A DNA stretch of 64,000 nt from an uncultured Actinomycetes bacterium (lineage in GTDB: Bacteria; Actinomycetota; Acidimicrobiia; IMCC26256; DASPTH01): positions 143,460-207,459 of the forward strand of contig CAVWLR010000002.1 of the NCBI GenBank assembly GCA_963755855.1, read 5' to 3'. A program made the translations under genes and the position numbers. The notes under the pieces were generated by a model. The model saw only the letters and a list, made by a program, of their open reading frames with translations. It was not told where the DNA came from and searched no databases. Below are positions 1 through 10,328 of this stretch, piece by piece; the first letter of the stretch is position 1; each line of letters begins with the position of its first letter.

Positions 1-2
1 AG

Positions 3-1274
3 CACCCGCGTGCACTCGTGCTCGTGCCGACCCGTGAGCTCGCCGCTCAGGTGTGCGGTGAGCTCGAGTGGCTCGGCGGCGGCCGCAAGCTGCGGGTCGC
101 GGCCGTCTACGGCGGCGCCGGGTTCGGCGCGCAGTTCAAGGCCCTGCGGCGAGGCGTCGACGTGCTCGTCGCCTGCCCGGGTCGCCTCACCGACCTGATC
201 GAGCGCCGCGAGGTCCACCTCGACGAGGTCGAGATGGTCGTCGTCGACGAAGCCGACCGCATGGCCGACATGGGGTTCCTGCCTGCGGTCAAGGCGCTGC
301 TCGACCAGACGCCCGAGACGCGCCAGACGCTGCTGTTCTCGGCCACGCTCGACGGCGCGGTCGACCAGCTCGTCCGTCGCTACCAGAACGACCCCTCGCG
401 CCACCTGCTCCCCGAGACCGACCAGCTCGCGGCCACGCACCACTTCTGGGCGATCGACCGCGCCAAGCGCGTCGACCTCACCGCCGAGATCGTCGACGCC
501 GCCGGCCCGACCATCGTGTTCTGCCGCACCAAGCACGGCGCCGACGCGTTGGCCAAGAAGCTCGAGCAGCGTGGCGTCCGCAGCGCGGCCATCCACGGCA
601 ACCGCTCGCAGGGTCAGCGCGAGCGCGCGCTCGCCGCGTTCTCCGACGGCAAGGTGGCTGCGCTCGTCGCCACCGACGTCGCCGCCCGCGGCATCCACGT
701 CGACGCGGTCGCATGCGTGATCCACTTCGACCCGCCGGCCGACTTCAAGGACTACACGCACCGTTCCGGCCGCACCGCACGCGCCGGTGCCGAGGGCATC
801 GTCGTGTCGCTGGTGTCGCCCGACCAGAAGGGCGTCAACGCGCGCTTCCAGCGCGAGCTCGGCCAGCGACCCGGCCTCGGTCGGCCCGACGTGCGCCACA
901 TGAGCGACCGCACGGCGGAAGACGCTTCCACCACCTCGCGCCGCTCCAAGTCCACCGCCGCGTCGGCAGCACCCACGTCGGCGACGCCGTCGCTGCCGAC
1001 CGTGCACGCGACCACCCACACGACTTCCCACGCGATTGCCCAGGCGCCGACCACCGACGGGCGCCCGAGCGGCACCATCAAGTGGTTCGACGCCAAGAAG
1101 GGCTTCGGCTTCATCGAGCGCACGGAGGGTGGCACCGACGTGTTCGTGCACTTCTCCGAGATCGAGGGCGACGGGTACCGCCAGCTCGAAGAGGGCCAGC
1201 ACGTGGAGTTCGACCTCGCACCGGGCCGCAAGGGCGAGCAGGCCCAGCGGGTCCGGGTCCTCGTCGCCAGCTGA
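3..1274 (+). CDS. DEAD-box RNA helicase with C-terminal cold-shock domain (5' end outside window)
   Basis: Motifs PTRELA, DEAD, SAT, ARGIH and HRSGRTAR, then an S/T/A/P linker and a CSD ([15 protein letters not shown]...DVFVHFSEI). Confidence 0.95.
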   Translation, partial: HPRALVLVPTRELAAQVCGELEWLGGGRKLRVAAVYGGAGFGAQFKALRRGVDVLVACPGRLTDLIERREVHLDEVEMVVVDEADRMADMGFLPAVKALLDQTPETRQTLLFSATLDGAVDQLVRRYQNDPSRHLLPETDQLAATHHFWAIDRAKRVDLTAEIVDAAGPTIVFCRTKHGADALAKKLEQRGVRSAAIHGNRSQGQRERALAAFSDGKVAALVATDVAARGIHVDAVACVIHFDPPADFKDYTHRSGRTARAGAEGIVVSLVSPDQKGVNARFQRELGQRPGLGRPDVRHMSDRTAEDASTTSRRSKSTAASAAPTSATPSLPTVHATTHTTSHAIAQAPTTDGRPSGTIKWFDAKKGFGFIERTEGGTDVFVHFSEIEGDGYRQLEEGQHVEFDLAPGRKGEQAQRVRVLVAS

Positions 1275-1292
1275 CCCGCGTACGCTGACGCC

Positions 1293-1472
1293 GTGGGCCG
1301 GCTGCGCGCGATCCTGCTCCTGCGGGGCGCGCTCGCTGTGTTCCTGTTCGTCGTCGGCGTCGTGTTGCTCACCACGGACAGCCTGCTCTTCGGAGCGATC
1401 GCGATCGCGGCCGCGCTCGTGAACGCGGGCTTGATCGTGGTGCTCGCTCGACGCGCGCGCAGCGCGGGGTGA
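1293..1472 (+). CDS. Small 59-aa membrane protein with two TM segments
   Basis: Hand-translated GTG..TGA: MGRLRAILLLRGALAVFLFVVGVVLLTTDSLLFGAIAIAAALVNAGLIVVLARRARSAG; TACGCT -10-like hexamer 6 nt upstream. Confidence 0.7.
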   Translation: MGRLRAILLLRGALAVFLFVVGVVLLTTDSLLFGAIAIAAALVNAGLIVVLARRARSAG

Positions 1473-1496
1473 CGCGCACGCGATGACGAGGCGCGC

Positions 1497-2054
1497 GTGA
1501 CGCGGCCGGCGTTGTTCGACGGGCGTGATCCCACGCGCGTCGTCAGTCGCCGGTGCGTCGCGTTGCTGGTCGACGCGATGCTGCTCGCCGTGATCCCCGT
1601 GCTCACGGTCACCGTCGTGGGGCACGCGACCCTGCGCAAGGGCGACTGCCCGGACCCGCTCCCGTCGGGCCGCGACTGCGTCGGGTTCAAGAACCAGGTC
1701 ATGCTCGTGGACAAGGGGTCGTTCTTCCTCTTCTTCGGTCTGCTCCTGTTGCTCTACCTCGTGGTGTTCGTGGCGGTGCAGGGCGTCACCGGCACGTCGC
1801 CGGGCAAGGCGCTGGTCGGGATCCGGGTCGTCCGCGGCGACGGCACGGCACCCGGTACCTGGCGCTCGGCGGTGCGCGTGGTGGCCTGGCTCGTCGACGG
1901 CCTGGTGCTGCTGCTCCCCGTCGCGTTGTGGAGCGCCTGGATCAGCCCCGGCCACCGCCGCGTCGGCGACTGGATCGCCGGCACCTACGTGGTGCGCCAG
2001 CGGTTGCGCCCGGCGAAGGCAACGGCCGTCGGGAGTACCACTCTGAGTGGTTAA
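1497..2054 (+). CDS. RDD family membrane protein
   Basis: RR..ALLVD, G.SPGK..GIRVV and RRVGDWIAGTYVV signature segments. Confidence 0.9.
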   Translation: MTRPALFDGRDPTRVVSRRCVALLVDAMLLAVIPVLTVTVVGHATLRKGDCPDPLPSGRDCVGFKNQVMLVDKGSFFLFFGLLLLLYLVVFVAVQGVTGTSPGKALVGIRVVRGDGTAPGTWRSAVRVVAWLVDGLVLLLPVALWSAWISPGHRRVGDWIAGTYVVRQRLRPAKATAVGSTTLSG

Positions 2055-2904
2055 GCTCTCACTCGTGGCGGCAGATCTCGGGGCAGGGACGGGCGCGGGC
2101 GCAGCTTCGACGCGCGTCACGCTGGTCTGGAAGTGGTGCCGTTGGACCCGCTGGCCCCTCACCAGCACGATCGTCGCCATGGCTGCGCTCGTCGTGAGCT
2201 TCGACGTGCTGACCGCGTGGCAGAACGTGAACTTGGGCTCCCTCGGGGTGGTGCCGATCTCACCCACGCTCCCGCTGGAGCTGGCGTTGGTCGTCCTCCT
2301 CGGGTGGCGGAGGTTGGGGCTGGACCGGGCGAACCTCGAGGCGTGGCACGAGTTCCTCGCGGTCGCAGGCGCCGCGCTCCTGTTCGGCGTGATCCAGTAC
2401 TCCCTCCACATCGGTGGATTCGCCGAGGCGTGCGGGTTGGTGCTGGCCGCGCTCGACGAGGAGATCGTGTACCGGCTCGCGGTGCTCATCCTCGTGGGCG
2501 CCGTCGTCGCCAAGCTGACGGGTCGCAACTGGCGCAACGCCGAGGACTGGGGTGTGGTCGCCGGGCTCGCGGCGATCTTCGCGTCGGGCGCGATCTTCAC
2601 CGTCCTGCCCGGTCACGTGGCCCAGATCAGCGACACGTTGCACGCACTGCCGTTCGTGGCCCTGGGCATGGTGCTCGGCTACGCGATGCTGCGCACCGGC
2701 GCGCTGGTGCCCGCGGTCGTCGTGCACGCGCTGCTCAACATCGCCACCATCGCCGCGTTCAAGGGTGACCTCGAGCCGATCCTCCGCTCGACGCTCGCCG
2801 CCGCGCTGCTGGTCGCGTTGATCCTCGGCACGGTCGTCGCCGGACGCCGACTCGGCCTCTACCGGCTGGTGCCGGTGGTCGAGCGCATCCCCGCCGACGC
2901 GTAG
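2047..2904 (+). CDS. CPBP (CAAX/Abi) family intramembrane metalloprotease
   Basis: Multiple TM segments with EEIVYR, F....GH and HALLN motifs; start uncertain. Confidence 0.8.
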   Translation: MVKLSLVAADLGAGTGAGAASTRVTLVWKWCRWTRWPLTSTIVAMAALVVSFDVLTAWQNVNLGSLGVVPISPTLPLELALVVLLGWRRLGLDRANLEAWHEFLAVAGAALLFGVIQYSLHIGGFAEACGLVLAALDEEIVYRLAVLILVGAVVAKLTGRNWRNAEDWGVVAGLAAIFASGAIFTVLPGHVAQISDTLHALPFVALGMVLGYAMLRTGALVPAVVVHALLNIATIAAFKGDLEPILRSTLAAALLVALILGTVVAGRRLGLYRLVPVVERIPADA

Positions 2905-2914
2905 CGTCGCGCGC

Positions 2915-3568
2915 GTGCTCTTCACCGGTCCCACTCCCGCGTCCGACGCCACGCTGCGGGCGATGAAGATGGTGGCCACCGCGTCCGGCGCTCACCCGCT
3001 GACCGATCCCGACCGCGTCGCGCTCACCGCGGCCCACACCGTCGTCTTCGGTGGCGCGGGGACGCTCGATCCCGACGCCCTGCCCGACATCACCGGCGCC
3101 GAGCTGGCGGCGGCGGTCGCCGGCGCCGATCGCGACCACGCGGCGGCGTTCCTCGCGGTGATGGCCACCGTCGACGGTGTCGTCGACGCCGACCGCATCC
3201 GCACCGCGACCGAGTTCGCCGACGCGATGGCGCTCGACGAGCCCTACCTCCGTGACCTCGACGAGCTCGCCCAGCGCACGTTCGCCGAGGTGCGCGCCGA
3301 CGTCGCACGGCACAACGTGCGCAGCTTCACCGGCGTCGAGCTCGACGAGAGCATCGACGAGTGGCTCGGCGTGTACCGCGAGCACCCCGACCCGGAGCTG
3401 CACGCACGCTTCGACGCGTTGGGCACCACGCGAAAGGGCACGTTCGGGCGCACGTTCGCCGACTTCTACGCCGCCAACGGGTTCGTGTTCCCAGGCGTGC
3501 CCGAGTCGGCCAACCAGCAGTTCGTGGTGCCCCGACTGGTACCAGCCCAGCGCATGAGACGCGCATGA
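2915..3568 (+). CDS. Hypothetical protein, TerB-like N-terminus plus Coq4-like region, apparently truncated
   Basis: AVMATVDG and GTFGRTFADFYAANGFVFPG segments; ends without the HDxxH motif expected next. Confidence 0.5.
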   Translation: MLFTGPTPASDATLRAMKMVATASGAHPLTDPDRVALTAAHTVVFGGAGTLDPDALPDITGAELAAAVAGADRDHAAAFLAVMATVDGVVDADRIRTATEFADAMALDEPYLRDLDELAQRTFAEVRADVARHNVRSFTGVELDESIDEWLGVYREHPDPELHARFDALGTTRKGTFGRTFADFYAANGFVFPGVPESANQQFVVPRLVPAQRMRRA

Positions 3569-3957
3569 CCACCGACCCCGGCCCGGAGCTGCGCGTCACC
3601 GGGCTCGATCACGTCGTGCTCAACGTCGCCGACGTCGAGCGGAGCCTCGCGTTCTACTGCGACGAGCTGGGGCTCGCACCCGAGCGGGTGGAGGAGTGGC
3701 GGCGGGGCGAGATCCTGTTCCCCTCGGTGCGCATCGACTCCGACACGATCATCGATCTGCTCGCGGCACCGCGCACCGGCGAGAACGCCGATCACCTGTG
3801 CCTGGTCGTCGCACCGACCGACCTCGCGGCGCTGAAGGCGTCGGGGCGATTCGAGGTCGTCGACGGTCCCGCGACGCGCTTCGGCGCCCGCGGCAACGGC
3901 ACGTCGCTCTACGTGCGCGATCCCGACGGGAACACCGTCGAGCTGCGCCACTACTGA
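3565..3957 (+). CDS. VOC/glyoxalase family protein
   Basis: LDHVVLNVAD...FYCDELGL...DHLCL...YVRDPDGNTVEL. Confidence 0.9.
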   Translation: MTTDPGPELRVTGLDHVVLNVADVERSLAFYCDELGLAPERVEEWRRGEILFPSVRIDSDTIIDLLAAPRTGENADHLCLVVAPTDLAALKASGRFEVVDGPATRFGARGNGTSLYVRDPDGNTVELRHY

Positions 3958-3972
3958 GGTACGGTGCGACCC

Positions 3973-4426
3973 ATGCTTGACGTGGGAGACGTGGTCGACG
4001 ACTTCGAACTGCCCGACGAGACGGGGACGCCGCGCAAGCTGAGCGACCTGCTCGCCGACGGGCCCGTGGTGCTGTTCTTCTACCCGGCGGCGATGACGCC
4101 CGGGTGCACGAAGGAGAGCTGCCACTTCCGCGACCTCGCGTCCGAGTTCGCGGCTGCGGGCGGCCAGCGCGTCGGCATCAGCTTCGATGCGGTCGACAAG
4201 CAGCACCAGTTCTCCGAGAAGCACGGGTTCGACTACCCGTTGCTCTCCGACACCGACGGCACGGTCGCCCAGATGATGGGTGTCGCCCGCAAGAAGACCG
4301 CGAAGCGCGTGACCTTCGTGATCGGCCAGGACCGCAAGGTGGTCGAGGTGGTCAAGAGCGAGATCCGCATGAACGTCCATGCGGACCGCGCCCTCGACGC
4401 GCTCAAGCAGCTCCAGACAGAGCTAG
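3973..4426 (+). CDS. bcp: Peroxiredoxin, BCP/PrxQ type (1-nt indel just before the TAG)
   Basis: FFYPAAMTPGCTKESCHFRD motif; TAG at 4424-4426 lies one base out of frame. Confidence 0.85.
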
Positions 4427-4703
4427 TCGCTCGTCTCTCCTCGATCACGACGACGTCTTCCTCGATGGCGACGAGCTCGCCGTCGTCGTCGGCGACCGAG
4501 AGCACCTCGTCGATCACGATGGTGCCGTCCGGGCTCTCGACCGCGATGGTCTCGTCGGTGGCGAGCACGTTGCCGTCCTCGTCGACGAGCGCCTTGAGGT
4601 CGTCGACGACGACGGTGCCGTCCTCGTCGACCGCGGTGGTGACCACCTCGATCTCTTCGATGCCGGTGTCGTCGGCGGTGTCGTCGGTGGTGTCGTCGGG
4701 CAC
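4423..4703 (-). CDS. Small, highly acidic repeat protein (~93 aa; indel near 3' end)
   Basis: AGGAG RBS before GTG; MPDDTTDDTADDTGIEEIEVVTTAVDEDG...; GC-rich third codon positions. Confidence 0.7.
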
Positions 4704-4749
4704 GTTGGCTCCTCGTCCTCGGTATGGGGAGCCCGTAGTGTTCCACACC

Positions 4750-5551
4750 GTGGCGGTCCAACTTCCCGGCTTCACCGAGTCGACGTTCACACACGACGGG
4801 ATCACTCGACCGGTGTACGCGGGTGGGACCGGCCCGGCGGTCATCGTGATCCACGAGATCCCCGGCTTGCACCCGGAGGTCATCGCGTTCGCGCAGCGCG
4901 TCGTCGACGCCGGGTTCAGCGTGCGGATGCCGTCGCTGTTCGGCACGCCCGGCCGTGAGGTGAGCCCCAGCGTACGTGATCGAGCGCGTTGACCAGGCGT
5001 GTGCGTGGCCAAGGAGTTCACCGACGTTCGCGCTCGACCGCACGAGCCCGGTGATCGGGTGGCTGCGACGCCTCGCCGCCGAGGCGCACGAGGAGTGCGG
5101 CGGCCCCGGCGTCGGCGCGGTCGGCATGTGCTTCACCGGTGGGTTCGCGCTCGGGATGATGGTCGACGACGTGATGCTGGCGCCGGTGCTCAGCCAGCCG
5201 TCGTTGCCGTTCCCCGTCTCGGCGTCGCGCCGTCGCTCGGTCGGCATCAGCGACGCCGACCTCGCCCGGGTCAAGGAGCGGGCGGCCGGTGGTGCCTGCC
5301 TGCTCGGGCTGCGCTTCACCGACGACCGCGCCGTCCCCGAGGCCCGCTTCGACACCCTGCGCCGGGAGCTGGGCGACGCGTTCATCGCGGTCGAGATCGA
5401 CTCGTCGAAGGGCAACCCGCACGGGATCCCGCGCACCGCGCACTCGGTGCTCACCCTGCACCTCGTCGACGAGCCCGGCCACCCCACCCGGGAGGCCCTC
5501 GACCGCGTCCTCGCGTTCTTCGCCGAGCGTCTCACGCCGCCCGCGGCGTAG
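4750..5551 (+). CDS. Dienelactone hydrolase family protein (frameshifted near 4980-5030)
   Basis: VIHEIPG, GMCFTGG nucleophile elbow and AHSVLT. Confidence 0.85.
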
Positions 5552-5556
5552 CGCCG

Positions 5557-6733
5557 ATGGCGGAGTCGAGCCACCAGGTCTCCTCCTACACGCTCGAGCG
5601 GATGGGCGTGTGGGTCGAGCTGTTCTACGACCTCGTCTTCGTCGCCGCCATCCTGGTGTTCAGCTCGGCGGTGTCGCACCTCCACGACGCCGGCCGCATC
5701 ACGTGGGTGGTCGCCGTGTTCTGCGCGGTCTGGTGGATCTGGCTCTCCACCACGATGTTCACGAACCGCTTCCACGTGGCCGACGTCGTGCACCGCACGC
5801 TCGTCCTCGCGCAGATGATCATGGTCGCGCTCGATCGCGATGGAAGCGCGCGCCGGCGTCGCCGACGACGAGGTCCTGCTGCTCTGCACCTACGCCGCGT
5901 TGGTGGCGACGATCGCGCTCATGTACTGGCGTGCGGCGTACGCACGCGGTCCGCACGCGGCGTTCGCCCGCCACCTCGCGATCGATCCACGCCGTGTCGC
6001 GCGCTGTGCTTCGTCGCCGCCGCGCTGCTGCCGGAGCCGGGCCGCATCGCCGGTGCCGCAATCGGGATGACGGTGATGATCGCACCGGCGGCGTGGCGAT
6101 CGATCCGTCTGGTCGACTTCCCGCCGATCGACGAGGAGCACCTCGTCGAGCGGCTCGGCGCGTTCACGATCATCGTGTGCGGCGAGGCGTTCGTGAAGGT
6201 CGCGATCGCGGTGAGCGACAGCAAGATCGACGGCATCGACGTCGTCGCGCTCGACGTTCCAGTTCATCCTCACGTTCGCCCTCTGGGCGTCGTACTTCGA
6301 GGACATCCCGTTCGCGGGGATCGACCAGAAGCGCTTCGCGCCCTGGGTCTCGTTCCATCTGGTCATGCAGCTCGGGATCGCAGGCACCGCCATCGGGGTG
6401 TCGAAGCTGGTGGCAACCGACTTCTTCGACCACCTCCCGGCCGAGGACATCCTCGAGATCATGGCCACGCTCTGCCTGGTGTACATCGGTCTGGCCGGCA
6501 TCGGGTTCGCCACGCGCCGTCGACCGCGGAGACCCCTGCTCTTCCTGCGACTCGGCACCGCGTTGGTGGTCGCGATCATCGGCTTCGTCGCGTGGCAGGC
6601 GCCCTGGTTCGAGCTGCTCGAGGGGGTGGCGATGCTCACCGTCGCCGCGCTCGCGCACGCCGTCCTCGTCGCGAGGCTGCGGTCCCGGACCGAGCTGGTG
6701 CTCAGCCTCCTGATCCGACCCGACCGACGGTAG
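5557..6733 (+). CDS. Low temperature requirement protein A (LtrA) family membrane protein (frameshifted)
   Basis: WVELFYDLVFV and HLVERLGAFTIIVCGE motifs. Confidence 0.85.
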
Positions 6734-6743
6734 GGTCCCCGGC

Positions 6744-7728
6744 ATGCCGTACTCCGTGGTCCGCTTCAACTGCATCCAACCCGGGCTCGACCCCACCGAG
6801 ATGGCCGCGCGCTACCAGGCGTTCGTCGACATGGCGGGCTACGCCGACGAGCACGGGCTGCAGGCGATCTCGCTCGAGGAGCACCACGGTGCCGACAACG
6901 GGTGGAGCCCGTCGCCGCTCGTGATGGCCGGCCTCGTGTTCGGCCGCACGAAGACGGATCATGGCGACGCTCAACGCCCTGCTCGCTCCACTGCACGACC
7001 CGCTCCGGCTCGCCGAGGACATCGCGGTCCTCGACCTCGCGAGCGGCGGTCGGTTCGTCGTCACCGCCGGCATCGGATACCGCGAGAGCGAGTACGAGGC
7101 GCACGGCAAGGACTGGAAGGGTCGCGGCGCGCTGCAGGACGAGGCGATCGACACCATGCTCAAGGCGTGGACCGGAGAGCCGTTCGAGTACCGCGGCACC
7201 ACCGTCCGGGTCACGCCCCGCCCGTTCACCCAGCCCCACCCCACGCTGATGCTCGGCGGCTCGAGCAAGGTCGCGGTGCGCCGCGCCGCTCGCTTCGGCC
7301 TCCCGTACCTCCCGCCGGCGAACCTGCCCGAGCTCGAGGCCTACTACTACGAGCAGTGCGCCGAGTTCGGCACCCAGGGCTTCTGCGCCATGCCGCCCGA
7401 GCACACCGCGATGACGTTCGTCGCCGAGGACCCCGAGCGGGTCTGGCGCGACCTCGGCCAGCACTTCTTCGAGGAGTCGTCGACGTACGCGGGCTGGCAG
7501 CCGCCGGGGCAGACGTCGTCCGTGCACTCGCACGCGTCGAGCGTCGAGGAGCTGCGGGCCGAGGGCATCTACGAGGTGGTCACGCCCGCCGAGCTCGTCG
7601 ACCGCCTGAAGGATGCCGGCCCGAGCGCGACGTGCGCGCTGCACCCGCTCGTCGGCGGCATGCCGATCGAAGAGGGCTGGGGCTCGCTGCGTCTCTACGT
7701 CGAAGAGGTGCTGCCCGCACTCGGGTGA
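6744..7728 (+). CDS. LLM-class flavin-dependent oxidoreductase (frameshift near 6958)
   Basis: LEEHHG, PLRLAEDIAVLDLASGGR and GIGYRESEY. Confidence 0.9.
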
Positions 7729-7772
7729 GCAGCTGATCGATCTGCACGACCGGGCCACCAGCGGGGAGCGAC

Positions 7773-9421
7773 ATGGCCAGTCCGACGGTAGGAACGAATC
7801 GAGGCGCGGCGGGCGCGGCGGCGAAGGCCGTCCTCGTGACGCTGGCCGCGGCGCAGTTCGTGATGATCCTCGACTCGTCGGTCATGAACGTGTCGATCGC
7901 GACCGTCGCCAAGGACCTCGGCACCACCGTCACCGGGATCCAGACCGCGATCACGATGTACACGCTGGTGATGGCGTCGCTGATGATCACCGGCGGGAAG
8001 ATGGGCGCGATCCTCGGTCGCAAGCGGGCGTTCACCATCGGCTGCGTGATCTACGCGTGCGGATCGCTGACGACCGCGGTGTCGCCGAACCTGCCGGTCC
8101 TGCTCTTCGGCTGGTCGTTCCTCGAAGGAGTGGGCGCGGCGTTGGTGATGCCCGCGATCGTGGCGCTGGTGGCGTCGAACTTCGTGAAGTCGGAGCGGCC
8201 ACGCGCCGTACGGCATCGTCACCGCCGGCGGCGCGATCGCGGTGGCGCTCGGTCCGCTGATCGGCGGCCTGTTCACCACGTACTGGTCGTGGCGCTACGT
8301 CTTCGTCGGCGAGGTGCTCATCATCGGCGTCGTGCTGCTCCTCAACCGGCGCACCGCCGACACGCCGAAGGAGGAGGGAGCGCGCCTCGACCTCGTCGGG
8401 ACCGCGCTCTCGGCCCTCGGCCTCGGCCTGATCGTCTACGGGGTCCTGCGCGCCGGGAGCTGGGGCTTCGTGCGCCCGAAGCCCGACGCGCCGACGTGGC
8501 TCGGGCTCTCCCCGGTGATCTGGTTGCTCCTCGGCGGCGGTGTGGTGCTCCTGCTGTTCCTCGACTGGGAGAAGCACCGGCGCGACTCCGGCCAGGCGGC
8601 GTTGCTCGATCCCGCCATCCTCCGGGTCCGGCTGCTCCGCACCGGGCTCGGCGCGTTCTTCTTCCAGTACCTGCTCCAGGCCGGTCTGTTCTTCGCGGTG
8701 CCGCTGTTCCTGTCGATCGCGCTCGGGCTCTCGGCCATCGACACCGGGCTGCGCATCATGCCGCTGTCGATCACGCTGGTGATCGCGGCCGTCGGCATCC
8801 CCAAGCTCTTCCCGAAGGTGTCGCCCCGGCTCGTCACCCGCTTCGGGTTCCTCATGCTGTTCCTCGGCCTCGTCGTGTTCGTCGCGGCGCTCGACGAGGG
8901 CGCCGGGGCCGAGATCACGCTCTGGCCCATGCTCCTCGCCGGACTCGGCATCGGTGCGCTGGCGTCGCAGCTCGGCGCGGTGACGGTCTCCGCGCTCCCC
9001 GACGAGCTGAGCGGAGAGGTCGGCGGGCTCCAGAACACGTTCTCCAACCTCGGGCATCTCGCTCGGCACCGCGCTCTCGGGTGCGATCCTGATGTCCGCG
9101 CTCACCGCGTCGTTCTTCACCGGGCTCGCCGGCAACCCGGCGGTGCCGAACGACCTCACGTCGAAGGCGCAGACCGAGCTCACCAGCGGCGTGCCCTTCA
9201 TCTCCGACGCCGACCTCACGAAGGCGCTCGACGACGCCGGCGTCGCGCCGAAGACCGTCACCGCCGTGGTCGACGAGAACGCCCAGTCCCGCATCGCCGC
9301 GCTGCGCGTGACGTTGGCGGTGCTCGCCGTGCTCGCGTTGCTCGCGCTGTTCCTCTGTCGCAGCATCCCGACGTCCCCGGTGGGGTCCGAAGCGGAGGCG
9401 GCGTCACCGTCGACGGAGTAG
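7773..9421 (+). CDS. MFS transporter, DHA2-like (frameshifted)
   Basis: QFVMILDSSVMNV, GGKMGAILGRKR and LGPLIGG; about 14 TM segments across three frames. Confidence 0.85.
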
Positions 9422-10251
9422 TGCGCCACCTCGACCAGTCCTCGCTCGTGCTGTGCAGCGGCACCGTGCGCGACGCGTCGCTGGTCGACACGGTGCGCGC
9501 AGCCGCGGCGGCGGGGTTCGACGGCGTGTCGCTCTACCACCGCGAGTACGTCGCGGCTCGTGACGCGGGCTGGACCGATGCGGCGATCGTGGCGCTCCTC
9601 GACGGCGAGGGCGTCGCGCTCGCCGAGCTCGACGGCACGATGCGCTGGCTGCCCGGCGACCGTCGCGGCCCGGCGTTCGAGGAGTTCGTCGACGTCGCCG
9701 CCGGGCTGGGCGCGCGTTCGATCACCGTGATCGAGACCGAGGGCCGGGGGGTCGGCAGCGATCTCCCGCTCGACGTGGTGGGGGAGCGCTTCGCTGCGGT
9801 GTGCGATCGGGCTGCGCCGGCGGGGTTGCTCGCGCACGTCGAGTACTTCCCGACCTCGGGCGTGCCCGACTCGTCGACCGCCGCCGCGGTCGTGCGCGCC
9901 GCGAACCGCGACAACGGAGGCGTGCTGTGCGACCTCTGGCACCACGTGCGCGGCCCCGATGCGGGTGCGCCCGCGTTCGGCGACGCGCCGCTGCTCGGCG
10001 TGCAGGTGAGCGACGTCGCCAGCGTCGCGGCCGACGACCTCGGGTTCGAGATGATGCACGGTCGTCTGCTCCCCGGCACGGGGGTCGCCGACCTCACCGG
10101 CCTGTTGCACGCGCTGCGCGCGGCGGGATGCGCGGCGCCGATCGAGGTCGAGGTCTACTCCGACGACCTGGCCGCTCGTGACCCGGTCGACGCCGCCCGC
10201 CTCACCCACGTTGCGTTCACCGCAGTGCTCGAACGCGCTGGCCTCCGATGA
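9421..10251 (+). CDS. Sugar phosphate isomerase/epimerase (xylose-isomerase-like TIM barrel)
   Basis: AAAAGFDGV, HVEYF, DLWHH, QVSD, RLLPGTG and EVYS. Confidence 0.85.
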   Translation: MRHLDQSSLVLCSGTVRDASLVDTVRAAAAAGFDGVSLYHREYVAARDAGWTDAAIVALLDGEGVALAELDGTMRWLPGDRRGPAFEEFVDVAAGLGARSITVIETEGRGVGSDLPLDVVGERFAAVCDRAAPAGLLAHVEYFPTSGVPDSSTAAAVVRAANRDNGGVLCDLWHHVRGPDAGAPAFGDAPLLGVQVSDVASVAADDLGFEMMHGRLLPGTGVADLTGLLHALRAAGCAAPIEVEVYSDDLAARDPVDAARLTHVAFTAVLERAGLR

Positions 10252-10259
10252 CCAGTCAC

Positions 10260-10317
10260 CCTGCCAAAAGGTGGCGATCCGTTTCAGATCTGGAAGAGGC
10301 CGCTGCCTGTTGGCAGG
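10260..10317. terminator. 58-bp imperfect palindrome between convergent genes (terminator or REP-like)
   Basis: CCTGCCAA...TTGGCAGG ends, with inner AGGT/GCCT, GGCG/CGCT and TTTCAGA/TCTGGAA pairing. Confidence 0.55.
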
Positions 10318-10328
10318 AACCGATCCGC

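Noticed and set aside
3964-4992. Peroxiredoxin-Ser linker-dienelactone hydrolase fusion
   Set aside because: The Ser-rich linker is the antisense of the acidic protein; read-through comes from an indel before the TAG at 4424.
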